Origin: Kiritimatiellia bacterium
GTDB taxonomy: Bacteria > Verrucomicrobiota > Kiritimatiellia > RFP12 > JBMNHG01
NCBI GenBank assembly: GCA_050950285.1
Contig: JBMNHG010000010.1
Span: forward strand, 1-56,671
DNA: 56,671 nt
Direction of reading: 5' to 3'
The number at the start of each line of letters is the position of its first letter. The stretch's first letter is position 1. The notes beneath the pieces are model-generated. The model saw only the letters and a program-made list of their open reading frames with translations, searched no databases and was not told the origin of the DNA. Both the position numbers and the translations under genes were made by a program. This document shows positions 43,352-52,907 of the stretch, piece after piece.

Positions 43352-46300
43352 ATGAGAAATCTGCTGATCGTGTTGCTGGCCCTGGCCGGTGCTCCCATGT
43401 CCGGCAGGGCCGACGCACGGACGGAGGCGTTCGCCTTTCCCGTGGAAGGGCGAACGGCCGTCGTCTATGCGGACCGGCTTGACATCGTGCCGCTCGATGC
43501 GGACGCGCAGGAGTTCACCGTCGAGGCCGAGGCCAAGCCGGCCCGGCGGCAGGACGGCTCGGTCGAGATGAAGGCGGAAAAACCGTTTTGCCTCTTCCTC
43601 CCCGAGCGCGTGGTCAACATCGCGCCGTTGGCGCATGTGACCGTCTCCTCCAAGGGCGACCCGAGCCGGGGCTTCCGTCCCACGCCCGGCCAGAACATGC
43701 CCGAGTCCCTGGTGGACGAGCGGGTGAACGCGACGAAGAACTTCGAATTCGCCGCGCGCGAGACGCCGCCGACGGAGGACGACCCGGAGTGGATCGTCCT
43801 CAGCTGGAAGCAGGACGTGCCGATCGGCGGGCTTTTCATCATGACGGGGCAGTGGGAGTCCTTCCCGCACCATGACAGCGTCCGCGTCGAAACCTACGTC
43901 GGCACCGGCGACCCGCGCATCGACGGCGCCCCGGCGTCCTGGCAGGAACAGGCCGGCGCCTGGTCGCCGATGCCGAAGAACGACAACGCCAACTTCCGCT
44001 GCTGGCGCCATTGGACGGCCGACGCGCCGTTTTCCTCGGCGGCGCTCCGGCTGCGCTTCGTCGGTGGCGGATGGGCGTTGCGGGGACAGCAACACGAAAT
44101 CCCCGTGCCCGGCCTCGGCGAAATCGCCGTGCTCTCGCCGTGGACCGAGCCGGAACCGCCGCAACGGACGGACGGCGCGGACGGCACGGACGGTATCCGC
44201 ATCGCGTTCGACATGCCGTTCGACGGCGCCGCCACCATCCAAATCCGCGACGGCGCGGGGCGCGTCGTTGCCAACCCCGTCGCGGACCTCCCCTTCGCCG
44301 CCGGCGCTTGCGAGGCGACGTGGGATCTGACCGACATCGACGGGCATCCCGTGCTCGAACCGGGCGCCTACTCGTGGCGCGGCGTGGCGATCCCGCCGCT
44401 CACGCTCGACTACCGCTACACGTACTACCCGCTGGGAATCCCGTCCGACCGGCGCCCCTGGCAGACCGTGGACGAGACGGGCGGCTGGCTCGCCGACCAC
44501 GACCCGCCGCGCGGCGTCGTGCGGGACGGCTCCAACATGTGGCTCAACGCCTGGGCGGAGCACGGCGACAGCGTCATCCTCACGGACATCGACATGAGGA
44601 AGCTGTGGGGCGAAACGCGCTTCTGGGTGGCCGTGCCGCAGGAAATCTGCATCGACAACGGCTTCTGCTACGGCTATTCGCAGGCGGGATGGAACGGCAC
44701 CGACGAGGAGATCATCCGCATCGACCCGGCGCGCGGCTACCAGTCGAGGAAGGTGTTCCTCAAGAAGAACCCGCCGCCGGAGAAAGACCAAAAGGCCATC
44801 GACTTCTTCGATGTCACCGTGTCCGGCTTCCAGGTGCGCGGCGATACGGCGTTCGTCTCGCTCGGCCGCGAGAACCGCATCTGCATCTACGACATCTCGA
44901 AGGGCAACGCCGCGCCGCACCGGCACTTCTCGTGGGCCACGGTGCATACGCAGTTCGACGAATGGAAGCCCGTTCTCGTGAAGGAGATCGAGCTGCCGAC
45001 GCCGGGGCGCCTGCGCCCGTACGGCGACGGCCTCCTGCTGACGACGTCCGGGCGCGACGTCCTGACGCTCGACGTCAAGACGTTCGAGACTCAGACGCTC
45101 TTCACGACGGACATCGAGAACATCCTCGGACTCGGCGTCGGGGACGACGGCCTCGTCTGGATCGGCGCGGGCGAACCGCTGCACCAGGTCTTCGCCTACA
45201 CGCCGGACGGCCGCCGCGTGAAGACGCTCGGCAAGCCCGGCAAGCGGCGGATCGGCGCATGGGACAACGACGATCTCGAAGAACCCGCCGGCGTCGAGGT
45301 CGACGCGCGGGGCCGCGTCTGGGTCGCCGAGCACACCCACTGGGAGAAGCGCGTCTCGATCTGGGATCCGAAAACGGCGCGCTGCGTGCAACAAGTTCTC
45401 GGGCCGACGCAGTACGGCGGCGACGGGTGCATCGATCCCGCCGACAGCACACGACTTTTCTACCGCGGCCTCGAACTGCGCCGCGACCCCTCGACGGGCG
45501 ACGTGACGCCCGTGAACCTCGTCTACCGCCCCGACGCGCCCGAGTTCCCGCCGTTTGCCCCGGCCGACTATCCGAGCTACTGCTTCCGCTCGCGCGGCGA
45601 GCTGTGGTTCACGAGCTTCCAGCCGCCCCACTGCCACCCCCACTGCGTGCTCTGGAAGTACGAAAAGGACCGGGTGCGCCCCGTGGCGGCGGTCGGCGCG
45701 GTCAAGGATTTCCGCAGCGCCTTCCGCGAAACCGGGAACATCACCAACGCCATCCCGTCGATACAGGCCGAACCGGGGATGCTCTTCACCTGGACCGACC
45801 TCGACGACGACGGCGGGATTTCAGAGGACGAGGTGAAGACGCGTGTCCTCGAGTACGACGGCAAGCCGATCGAAAGCGTCACCGCATCCTGGAACTGGCG
45901 CATGAACGCCGCCTTCGAAGTCGCCGGCGTGACGGACCTCTACAAGATCGGGCGGCTCATCGCCTTCAAACCGGCAAGCTTCACCGACCGGGGCTATCCG
46001 GTTTACGAGATTCCGGAGGAGACGAAGCCGGGCGTCATCGAGGCGCAAGCGCTGATGCCGGATTCCAACGGGAACATCATCGCGCTGGGGCGTCCGCTCG
46101 TTTCGCTGACGCCCGACGGCGTCGAACGCTGGCGCTACCTCAATCAGTGGCCCGGCCTCCACGCCGGCCACCGCACGACCGCAGCCGGGAACGAGCCGGG
46201 CGTCCTGATCGCGCCGACGCGAATCTGGGGCATGGTGCCGACGGACGGCGACGCGGGCGAAGTGGTCGCGTTCAATTCGAACCTCGGCTGCTCGTACCTG

Positions 46301-47269
46301 ATGACGGCCGACGACGGGCTCTACCTCGGGCGGATCTTCCGCGACCAGCGCGTCGCGGCGACGGTCTGGAACTACAACGACATCCCGGACTCCCGCACGC
46401 TCGCCGAGACGTCGCTCTACGACGAACATTTCGGCGGCACCTTCCAGCGCATCCAGGGCGCGGACGGACGCCATCACTACACGTACGTCGTCGGCAAGGG
46501 GCACTGCGCCGTCGTCGAGCTCGCCGGGCTCGACGGCATCCGGCGGCTCGCCGGAGGCACCTTCGCCGTCACGGCCGACCAGATCGCCGCCGCCGTAGCC
46601 CGCACGGAAAAGGCCGCGGCGAAGAGGCACGAGCCCAAGGTCTACACGGTGAAGCGCGGTGCGCCGGTCGAGCAGGACGCCGCCATCGACGGCTTCCGCC
46701 TCGGATACGACGAGACGGCCCTCTACGTGTACGCCACGGTCCGGGACGATGCGGCGCCGTTCGCCAACGACGGGAAGAATCCCTTCGAGCTTTTCAAAAG
46801 CGGCGACACGCTGGAAGTCATGCTGCGCACCGGGAAGGACGCGGGCCTGAAGCGGGGCGTCCAGCCCGGCGACATCCGCCTCGTGTTCGCGCCGTTCGAA
46901 GGAAAGACGGTCTGCGTCCTCTACGACTACCTCGTGCCCGGCACGCCGGAAGAGGCCAAGGTCGGATTTTCGAGCCCCTGGCGTACGGCCACCGTCGACC
47001 GGGTCCGCATCCTGGACGACGTGACGGCAGAGGTCGCCCGCTCCGGCAACCGCGTGACGCTGAAGGCGACGGTGCCGCTCGCGGCGATCCACTTCGCGCC
47101 CTCGGGCGAGGCGAAGGGCGACGTCGGGCGCGTCCTTTCCGACGCAAGCGGCACCCGCGCGGCGGCGCGACACTACTGGTCGAACAAAAACACGGCCATC
47201 ATGAGCGACCTGCCGACGGAAGTGATGATTGACCCCGACCTCTGGGGCACCTTCCGATTCGAGCATTGA
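43352..47269 (+). CDS. Large secreted multidomain protein (FlgD-like Ig, NHL/beta-propeller, CBM9-like C-terminus)
   Basis: Signal peptide; 'IRDGAGRVV...WDLTDIDGH..EPGAY', 'PAGVEVDARGRVWVAE', 'LGYDETALYV...VRD'. Confidence 0.75.
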   Translation: MRNLLIVLLALAGAPMSGRADARTEAFAFPVEGRTAVVYADRLDIVPLDADAQEFTVEAEAKPARRQDGSVEMKAEKPFCLFLPERVVNIAPLAHVTVSSKGDPSRGFRPTPGQNMPESLVDERVNATKNFEFAARETPPTEDDPEWIVLSWKQDVPIGGLFIMTGQWESFPHHDSVRVETYVGTGDPRIDGAPASWQEQAGAWSPMPKNDNANFRCWRHWTADAPFSSAALRLRFVGGGWALRGQQHEIPVPGLGEIAVLSPWTEPEPPQRTDGADGTDGIRIAFDMPFDGAATIQIRDGAGRVVANPVADLPFAAGACEATWDLTDIDGHPVLEPGAYSWRGVAIPPLTLDYRYTYYPLGIPSDRRPWQTVDETGGWLADHDPPRGVVRDGSNMWLNAWAEHGDSVILTDIDMRKLWGETRFWVAVPQEICIDNGFCYGYSQAGWNGTDEEIIRIDPARGYQSRKVFLKKNPPPEKDQKAIDFFDVTVSGFQVRGDTAFVSLGRENRICIYDISKGNAAPHRHFSWATVHTQFDEWKPVLVKEIELPTPGRLRPYGDGLLLTTSGRDVLTLDVKTFETQTLFTTDIENILGLGVGDDGLVWIGAGEPLHQVFAYTPDGRRVKTLGKPGKRRIGAWDNDDLEEPAGVEVDARGRVWVAEHTHWEKRVSIWDPKTARCVQQVLGPTQYGGDGCIDPADSTRLFYRGLELRRDPSTGDVTPVNLVYRPDAPEFPPFAPADYPSYCFRSRGELWFTSFQPPHCHPHCVLWKYEKDRVRPVAAVGAVKDFRSAFRETGNITNAIPSIQAEPGMLFTWTDLDDDGGISEDEVKTRVLEYDGKPIESVTASWNWRMNAAFEVAGVTDLYKIGRLIAFKPASFTDRGYPVYEIPEETKPGVIEAQALMPDSNGNIIALGRPLVSLTPDGVERWRYLNQWPGLHAGHRTTAAGNEPGVLIAPTRIWGMVPTDGDAGEVVAFNSNLGCSYLMTADDGLYLGRIFRDQRVAATVWNYNDIPDSRTLAETSLYDEHFGGTFQRIQGADGRHHYTYVVGKGHCAVVELAGLDGIRRLAGGTFAVTADQIAAAVARTEKAAAKRHEPKVYTVKRGAPVEQDAAIDGFRLGYDETALYVYATVRDDAAPFANDGKNPFELFKSGDTLEVMLRTGKDAGLKRGVQPGDIRLVFAPFEGKTVCVLYDYLVPGTPEEAKVGFSSPWRTATVDRVRILDDVTAEVARSGNRVTLKATVPLAAIHFAPSGEAKGDVGRVLSDASGTRAAARHYWSNKNTAIMSDLPTEVMIDPDLWGTFRFEH

Positions 47270-47367
47270 TGGATCCCGTCAATCCCGAGGCTCTTTTGCC
47301 TGTCCTGCCTGGAAAAGCAGGGGAATCGCGATCCTTGGATTCGTTCAAAGGAACTCGGGAAATGTCT

Positions 47368-48572
47368 TCAAAGGCTCCCTCCCCACAGGCAATTGTCGAA
47401 CGTTGCGGAAGGATGGCGCCCCACGAGGGCATAAGCCGTCGGGCTCGATTCGCGCGGCACGTTTTCGCAAGTCGACGAGATGCCGCTCCACGGGAGTCAT
47501 CTTGGCTTCGAAGCGCGAAGGTGCGGCCGTCACGGGCAAGAACGAAATCAATCTCGCCGCCCCGGTTGGAGAATGTGACGGCACCATAGGGCTGGAGCTG
47601 GTGACAGAGCGTGTTTTCAAACTGCGCACCGCCAGACAAATCGGCGTTGATGTTGGCAATGCCGGTATCAACGAAAAACACCTTCCTGGGGATGCGTTCA
47701 CGGACAGACGGACTTTTCGCATACGCCGGCAAAAGGCGGATCAAGTAGGTCTGCTCAAGAAAAGCGATGTAGTTCATGACCGTCGGACGCGACAGGCCGA
47801 TGATCTTCGACAGCTCATCGATGTTCAGCCGCGAGCCGACGCGCGCCGCAAGCAGGACAACGAGTTTTTTGAGGTCGGCGATGGACTTGAAGTCTGCGAG
47901 CTGCATGACGTCCAGATTGATGTAAGAGCTGTAAATGACATCGAGCATCCGTCGCTTGCGCTCACCCGTGTCGCTCAAGGCCACGGCCGGGAACCCGCCG
48001 TAGGCGATGTACTCCTCGTAAAGCGCCGTGAGCGCTTCATAGGCGAAGGTGTCGAACTTGATCTCCGCAAGCGCGGCAAAGTCCACCCTCGGAGGGATGA
48101 ACCGCGCTCCCTTGATCGCAAGGAACTCCCGGAATGAAAGCGGAAGGAGCTCGAAAACAATCTTGCGGGCCGAAAGAGACTCCGAAAAATGGTTTTTGAG
48201 ATAGAAGGCGCTCGACCCCGAAAGAATGAACTTGATGCCGTAGTGGTCGTACAGGTATTTGACGACCCGCGGGGACTGCTTGACGTACTGGATTTCGTCG
48301 ACGGCGACCACAGCGCGGCGGGAAAGATCCAGTCCAAACCCGCGCAGAGCATTCGCGACACCATCGAAATCCTCGGATTCGAAGAGACGCTGGGCGCTGA
48401 CAAGGGTCAGGTCGAGGTAGAGCGTATTGTCCGGAATCTGCCCGATCAGCCATTTCAAGGTGGTGGTCTTCCCCACTTGGCGAGGGCCGGTGATAACAAG
48501 AATCTCCCGACTGCCCAGCTCGTTCCTCAAGGCAGGCCAGAGATCCCTTTCAATGATAGGTGTTGAATCCAT
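47368..48572 (-). CDS. AAA+ ATPase (AAA_14 + DUF4143), two frameshifts near the 3' end
   Basis: 'GPRQVGKTT', 'DEIQY', 'SGSS', 'GGFP', 'KVFFVDTG', 'EIDFV'; natural tail 'FEAK...ALVGR...LWGGSL*' is split over frames. Confidence 0.85.
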
Positions 48573-48597
48573 GCCAGAATTTAACCATATTCTCGGG

Positions 48598-48624
48598 TTT
48601 GTGTAAAGTGCAAGTTTACACAAA
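48598..48624. promoter_or_regulatory. Palindromic operator candidate over the ATPase promoter
   Basis: TTTGTGTAAA-N7-TTTACACAAA overlapping a minus-strand TTGCAC (-35-like). Confidence 0.55.
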
Positions 48625-48844
48625 TCGCAAAAAATGAAAAGAGCCGGTGAAAAATCCCCTCCTTCTCGCCCGCGCCCTTGGTGCGGTCTCCGCAGGCAAA
48701 TGTCCCAAGATCAAGCGTGTCCGACCCCGTGGCAGCCTGTCAACCCCGGGAACGCGAGGCGCCGCACTCGCCCCGTCGCCTTCGCCCCCTCGTTCACGTT
48801 GACGACTCTACCGTTTCTGCATTTCGTGTACGGGTGTCGCTGTC

Positions 48845-49204
48845 TTATTCTTTTAGTGTTCGATCCTCGCCAAGACCCGCTTCGAAGACGGCCGCGATGT
48901 GAAGTTTTGCCCCACAAGCGGCGGCGTAGCGATAAAGGGTGGAGAGGGAAAGATCCTCGCCATTGACGATCTGAGAGATGCGCGGCTGGCTGACGTTCAT
49001 CCGCTTCGCGATTTCCTTTTGCGTGAGCTTCGACTTTTTAGCGATTTGCCGGGCAATCCCAGCGGCCTCGTTTTCAGCGATCGTCTCGGCGAGGACATCC
49101 GCGTACCCCGGCATGGCTTCCGCCTTCCGAGTCAACGCGTTCGTCACAACCATGCGATCCTTCATCCAGGCTTCGCGTTCTTTTTTTGTCATCGGTTTTT
49201 TCAC
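48845..49204 (-). CDS. XRE/HTH_3 protein, HigA-like antitoxin
   Basis: 'LTQKEIAKRMNVSQPRISQI...LSTLYRYAAACGAKL'. Confidence 0.85.
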   Translation of the reverse strand: MKKPMTKKEREAWMKDRMVVTNALTRKAEAMPGYADVLAETIAENEAAGIARQIAKKSKLTQKEIAKRMNVSQPRISQIVNGEDLSLSTLYRYAAACGAKLHIAAVFEAGLGEDRTLKE

Positions 49205-49290
49205 AGTCCAAGTCCTTTCTTGATCGCCAAGGCGTGTTTGAGTGAGGGTTTTCGCTTACCGCTCCGCTGGGAACGTGAACGACGAAGGGT

Positions 49291-50287
49291 GCCTCAGAGG
49301 TGGGGCGACGCCGTCCCGGCGAGCCGCCTTTCCCCCCACCCTTTCCACCATAATCTTGAAAAAGGCTTCGAGATTATGGCGACCTGCACAAAGCCCCAAA
49401 GGGGCGGTCTCACCTTAGCCCAGGGCAAGCGCCGCGCCGCCCTGGGATGCAAGGAAAACCCACCGTGGCCTGAAAGGCCACCTCAATCGCCGCTTCAATG
49501 GAGCCGCGCCCAAAGTGGACGCGGCGTCCTCGCCGCGTGTCGCCTCCGTCAACAGGGGCACGGGCATTCCTGTCCGTGTTCGTCCACGGGTTGGAAAACC
49601 CGTGCCCCCTTTGCCCGCGCCTCGGAGGTGGGGCGACGCCGTCCCGGCGAGCCGCCTTTCCCCCCACCCTTTCCACCATAATCTTGAAAAAGGCTTCGAG
49701 ATTATGGCGACCTGCACAAAGCCCCAAAGGGGCGGTCTCACCTTAGCCCAGGGCAAGCGCCGCGCCGCCCTGGGATGCAAGGAAAACCCACCGTGGCCTG
49801 AAAGGCCACCTCAATCGCCGCTTCAATGGAGCCGCGCCCAAAGTGGACGCGGCGTCCTCGCCGCGTGTCGCCTCCGTCAACAGGGGCACGGACATTCCTG
49901 TCCGTGTTTGTCCACGGGTTGGAAAACCCGTGCCCCCTTTGCCCGCGCCTCGGAGGTGGGGCGACGCCGTCCCGGCGAGCCGCCCCTCGCCCGCGCCCCG
50001 GCGCGGTGCGCCTCAGAAGACAAAACACCCGCGAAAACACAATCGTGCTTCAATGGAGCCGCGCCGATGAAGGCGCGGAAATTTCGCAGGCAAATGTCCC
50101 AAGATCAAGCACCTCTGCAACAGGGGCACGGACATTCCTGTCCGTGTTTGTCCACGGGTTGGAAAACCCATGCCCCTTTGCCCGCGCCTCGGAGGTGGGG
50201 CGACGCCGTCCCGGCGAGCCGCCCCTCGCCCGCGCCCCTTTGCACCGTGCGCCTCAGAAGACAAAACACCCGCGAAAACACAATCGC
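49291..50287. repeat. Tandem mosaic of REP-like palindromes and CRISPR repeat copies (328-bp and ~240-bp units)
   Basis: Block gcctc.gaggtggggcgacgccgtcccggcgagccgcc at 49291, 49619, 49947, 50186; CRISPR-like repeats at 49492, 49820, 50047. Confidence 0.9.
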
Positions 50288-50686
50288 GCTTCAATGGAGC
50301 CGCGCCGATGAAGGCGCGGAAATCTGATCGTGATTTCCATGGGTGTGCCTCTTCGCTAGTTGCTTCAATGGAGCCGCGCCGATGAAGGCGCGGAAATCGC
50401 GAACCTCACCACCCACCGTTCCCTCGGCATTTTGCTTCAATGGAGCCGCGCCGATGAAGGCGCGGAAATGGAGGCGGAATATGAGGGCTGGCGGATGCGC
50501 CTTCAGCTTCAATGGAGCCGCGCCGATGAAGGCGCGGAAATTTTGCACTCAGCAACCATAACTACCCATTTCGGTAGGCTTCAATGGAGCCGCGCCGATG
50601 AAGGCGCGGAAATCCCGGCACTATTTCCCGGCCGGGGAAATAGCAGGAAAGCTTCAATGGAGCCGCGCCGATGAAGGCGCGGAAAT
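50288..50686 (-). CRISPR. Type I-G CRISPR array: 6 identical 36-bp repeats, 5 spacers (36-38 bp)
   Basis: ATTTCCGCGCCTTCATCGGCGCGGCTCCATTGAAGC (minus strand) at 50288, 50362, 50434, 50506, 50578, 50651. Confidence 0.97.
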
Positions 50687-50873
50687 AGTGCCTATGACAA
50701 GCCGTTGCTTGTCAGGGCGTTGCAAAGCCGTTTTCGAGCGGTCTTGAAAACAGTACCCCAAACGGGGTTCCCGATCAAGCCAAAAGCGCTTGATTGGGAA
50801 AGAAAAAGTCGATTTTCAAAGAGCGTCGAGCGGTGTCCGCAAATTCCACACCATTGGACCGCTCGAAATCAGG
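50687..50873 (-). promoter_or_regulatory. CRISPR leader
   Basis: Relatively AT-rich gap between cas2 and the first repeat, containing repeated motifs. Confidence 0.8.
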
Positions 50874-51164
50874 TCAGACAATCTGGGAGCGTTGCTCCGG
50901 TCGCCAGACTTTGCCGACGTAGGCGATTTCCGGGATGGGACGTTCGCCTTCAACAGCACCGGCTTCAACAAGCAGGGTTTGATCTTCGTTGGCATTCATT
51001 CGCGCTTTCAGTTCCTCGATAAGCTCCAAGCGTTCCCGGGAGTTGAGCTGGCAGCAGAAGACGGAGTATTGCACGCGTTCGCCCCAGCCGCGCATGAGCT
51101 TGAATATGCGCGCCCGGCGTTTGTCGTCCGGTATGTCGTAGGAAACCAAGTAGAAACGGCGCAT
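50874..51164 (-). CDS. cas2: CRISPR-associated Cas2
   Basis: 'YLVSYDIPDDKRR...GWGERVQYSVF'. Confidence 0.96.
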   Translation of the reverse strand: MRRFYLVSYDIPDDKRRARIFKLMRGWGERVQYSVFCCQLNSRERLELIEELKARMNANEDQTLLVEAGAVEGERPIPEIAYVGKVWRPEQRSQIV

Positions 51165-51175
51165 GACAGAATCCT

Positions 51176-52840
51176 TCAGCGTGTGGTGATGCCTGAATAG
51201 GACGGGATTTCGCCGCGAAGAACCTTGGCGAGCAGCTTCGCCTGCACGCGGATCACCGACCGCCATGAACAGCGGTAGTCGAACACGGGATGGGTGATCA
51301 TCTGGTCGAGGCGCAGCTCGTAGGCGCGAATCAGCGCCTTCCGGGCGGTGTCGTTCATGGCGCAGCCTGCGGGTCCCGTGATGAAATCGGGCGGAGCCAC
51401 CATGCCGGTGTTGATGGCGGAAAGGACTGCGGAATCCGCGACCAAGGGGCGGAACTCCTCCATGAGGTCGAGCGCCAGCGCGGGACGCCCGTGGCGCGGA
51501 CGGTGGAGAAAGCCCCAGAAAGGATCGAGGCCTTCGGCGAGCAGGGCGACCGTCGCCTCTTTGACGAGCATGGCGTAGGCAAACGAGAGCATGGCGTTGA
51601 CCGGATCTTTCGGGGGACGGCGATTGCGCGATGTCGGCGAAAAGTTTTCCCGAGCCGGACCTTCGGCAAGCATGGTGCCAAAGTTGGCGAAATAGAACGA
51701 AGCAATGGAGCCTTCGATACCCATGAGCTGGTCAACATCCACGCAGGTGTCGATCTGGGCGATCAGGCGGCGCATGTCGGCAAGGGGGGCGTCAATGTCG
51801 CTTGTGGTATTCCGCCGCAGCAGGGTTCGCTGGTTCAGTGTTTTGGCGCGGACGAAGGCACGCGCGAACGTGAGGCGGCGGCCGTCGTCCGCTGCGGCGG
51901 CGAACTGCGCGGCGCGATCATAGGCGTTGCGCAGGCCGATGCCCGCCGTGACTCCGTAGAACCAATGCCCCATCGAAAGGTGTACGACCGGGATGCCGCG
52001 CTGGCAGAGCAGGTGGAGACACTGCGCGGAAACGGAAATGTTGCCGCAAAGGACGAGCTGGGAAACGTCTTTCAGGGGGAACACGCCCAGTTTCGCATGG
52101 CCTTTTTCAACAACCAGGGCTTCGCCGGACTTGCCGACGCGGGCACCTTGCTCCTGCACGTACAACGGGAGGGCGTCGTCGCGCGCGGGATAGAGACGGC
52201 GGATGTCGGGAGGCTCCCCCTGCCGTCCGGTCAAGAGGTTCGTTTCATCCGGGAGGCAAATGCCCGACAAGGAACAGCCGACACATTTCGGCGAGTCGGT
52301 AAGAGGCGGGGGCGGATGCGAGTTGTTGGCAACGGCGCGGGCCTCCGAGATCAGGTGCAGGGTGCGGGCTTCAAGTTCGGGCGTGAAATCGACGCGGACA
52401 CGTCGGCGGGACGCGGCAAAATAAAGCATGCCGAAATCGGAGGCGTGGCCGTGCTCGCGCAAGAGGAGCCCTTGGCACATGAGCTGGACACGTTCAGGCT
52501 CGTAGCAGCGTTGGGGCGTGGGCGGCACGCTGCCGCGCTTGGTATCCACGGGCACCGCCTGGCCCGCTTCGAGTTCCAGCAGGTCGATCTTGCCGGACAG
52601 CCCCAAGGTTTCGGAGCCCAGCGAGACCGAGCGGGCGATGACGGGCGGATCGTCGGGGTCGTCGGGCGGGGGCGGCAATGGATCGTCTTCGCCGTCGATG
52701 CGGGAATGGACGGAGCGCCCATGAACCGTATAGTCATTATCCTCCCATCGCTCCCCTACGAACATGAGGTGAAAAAGGCGCGGACAGTAGGCGTACTCGT
52801 TCACCATGCGCACGGGCAGGATGGCGGGGGATTCGCTCAT
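51176..52840 (-). CDS. cas1: Cas4-Cas1 fusion (type I-G hallmark)
   Basis: Cas4: 'YCPR', 'GKIDLLE', 'CVGCSLSGIC'; Cas1: 'GIEG', 'RNRRPPKDPVNAMLSFAY', 'LALDLMEEFRP'. Confidence 0.96.
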   Translation of the reverse strand: MSESPAILPVRMVNEYAYCPRLFHLMFVGERWEDNDYTVHGRSVHSRIDGEDDPLPPPPDDPDDPPVIARSVSLGSETLGLSGKIDLLELEAGQAVPVDTKRGSVPPTPQRCYEPERVQLMCQGLLLREHGHASDFGMLYFAASRRRVRVDFTPELEARTLHLISEARAVANNSHPPPPLTDSPKCVGCSLSGICLPDETNLLTGRQGEPPDIRRLYPARDDALPLYVQEQGARVGKSGEALVVEKGHAKLGVFPLKDVSQLVLCGNISVSAQCLHLLCQRGIPVVHLSMGHWFYGVTAGIGLRNAYDRAAQFAAAADDGRRLTFARAFVRAKTLNQRTLLRRNTTSDIDAPLADMRRLIAQIDTCVDVDQLMGIEGSIASFYFANFGTMLAEGPARENFSPTSRNRRPPKDPVNAMLSFAYAMLVKEATVALLAEGLDPFWGFLHRPRHGRPALALDLMEEFRPLVADSAVLSAINTGMVAPPDFITGPAGCAMNDTARKALIRAYELRLDQMITHPVFDYRCSWRSVIRVQAKLLAKVLRGEIPSYSGITTR

Positions 52841-52907
52841 CGTGAAACATCTCCGCTTGGTTTTCTTTTTCCAACAGCAATGTGGGGCGGTTTCTTTCTA
52901 TCGCCCC

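Noticed and set aside
14166..47232. Many long alternative-frame or antisense ORFs (e.g. 14166-17798, 17662-19977, 22862-25555, 37064-39430, 44011-47232)
   Set aside because: Arg/Pro/Gly-rich shadows of real genes, expected in high-GC DNA
50324..50650. Self-targeting by the five canonical spacers
   Set aside because: No match noticed within the window by eye; not exhaustively searched
49410..50674. Short ORFs across the repeat mosaic and CRISPR array
   Set aside because: Translations of repeats, with no RBS or domain signal
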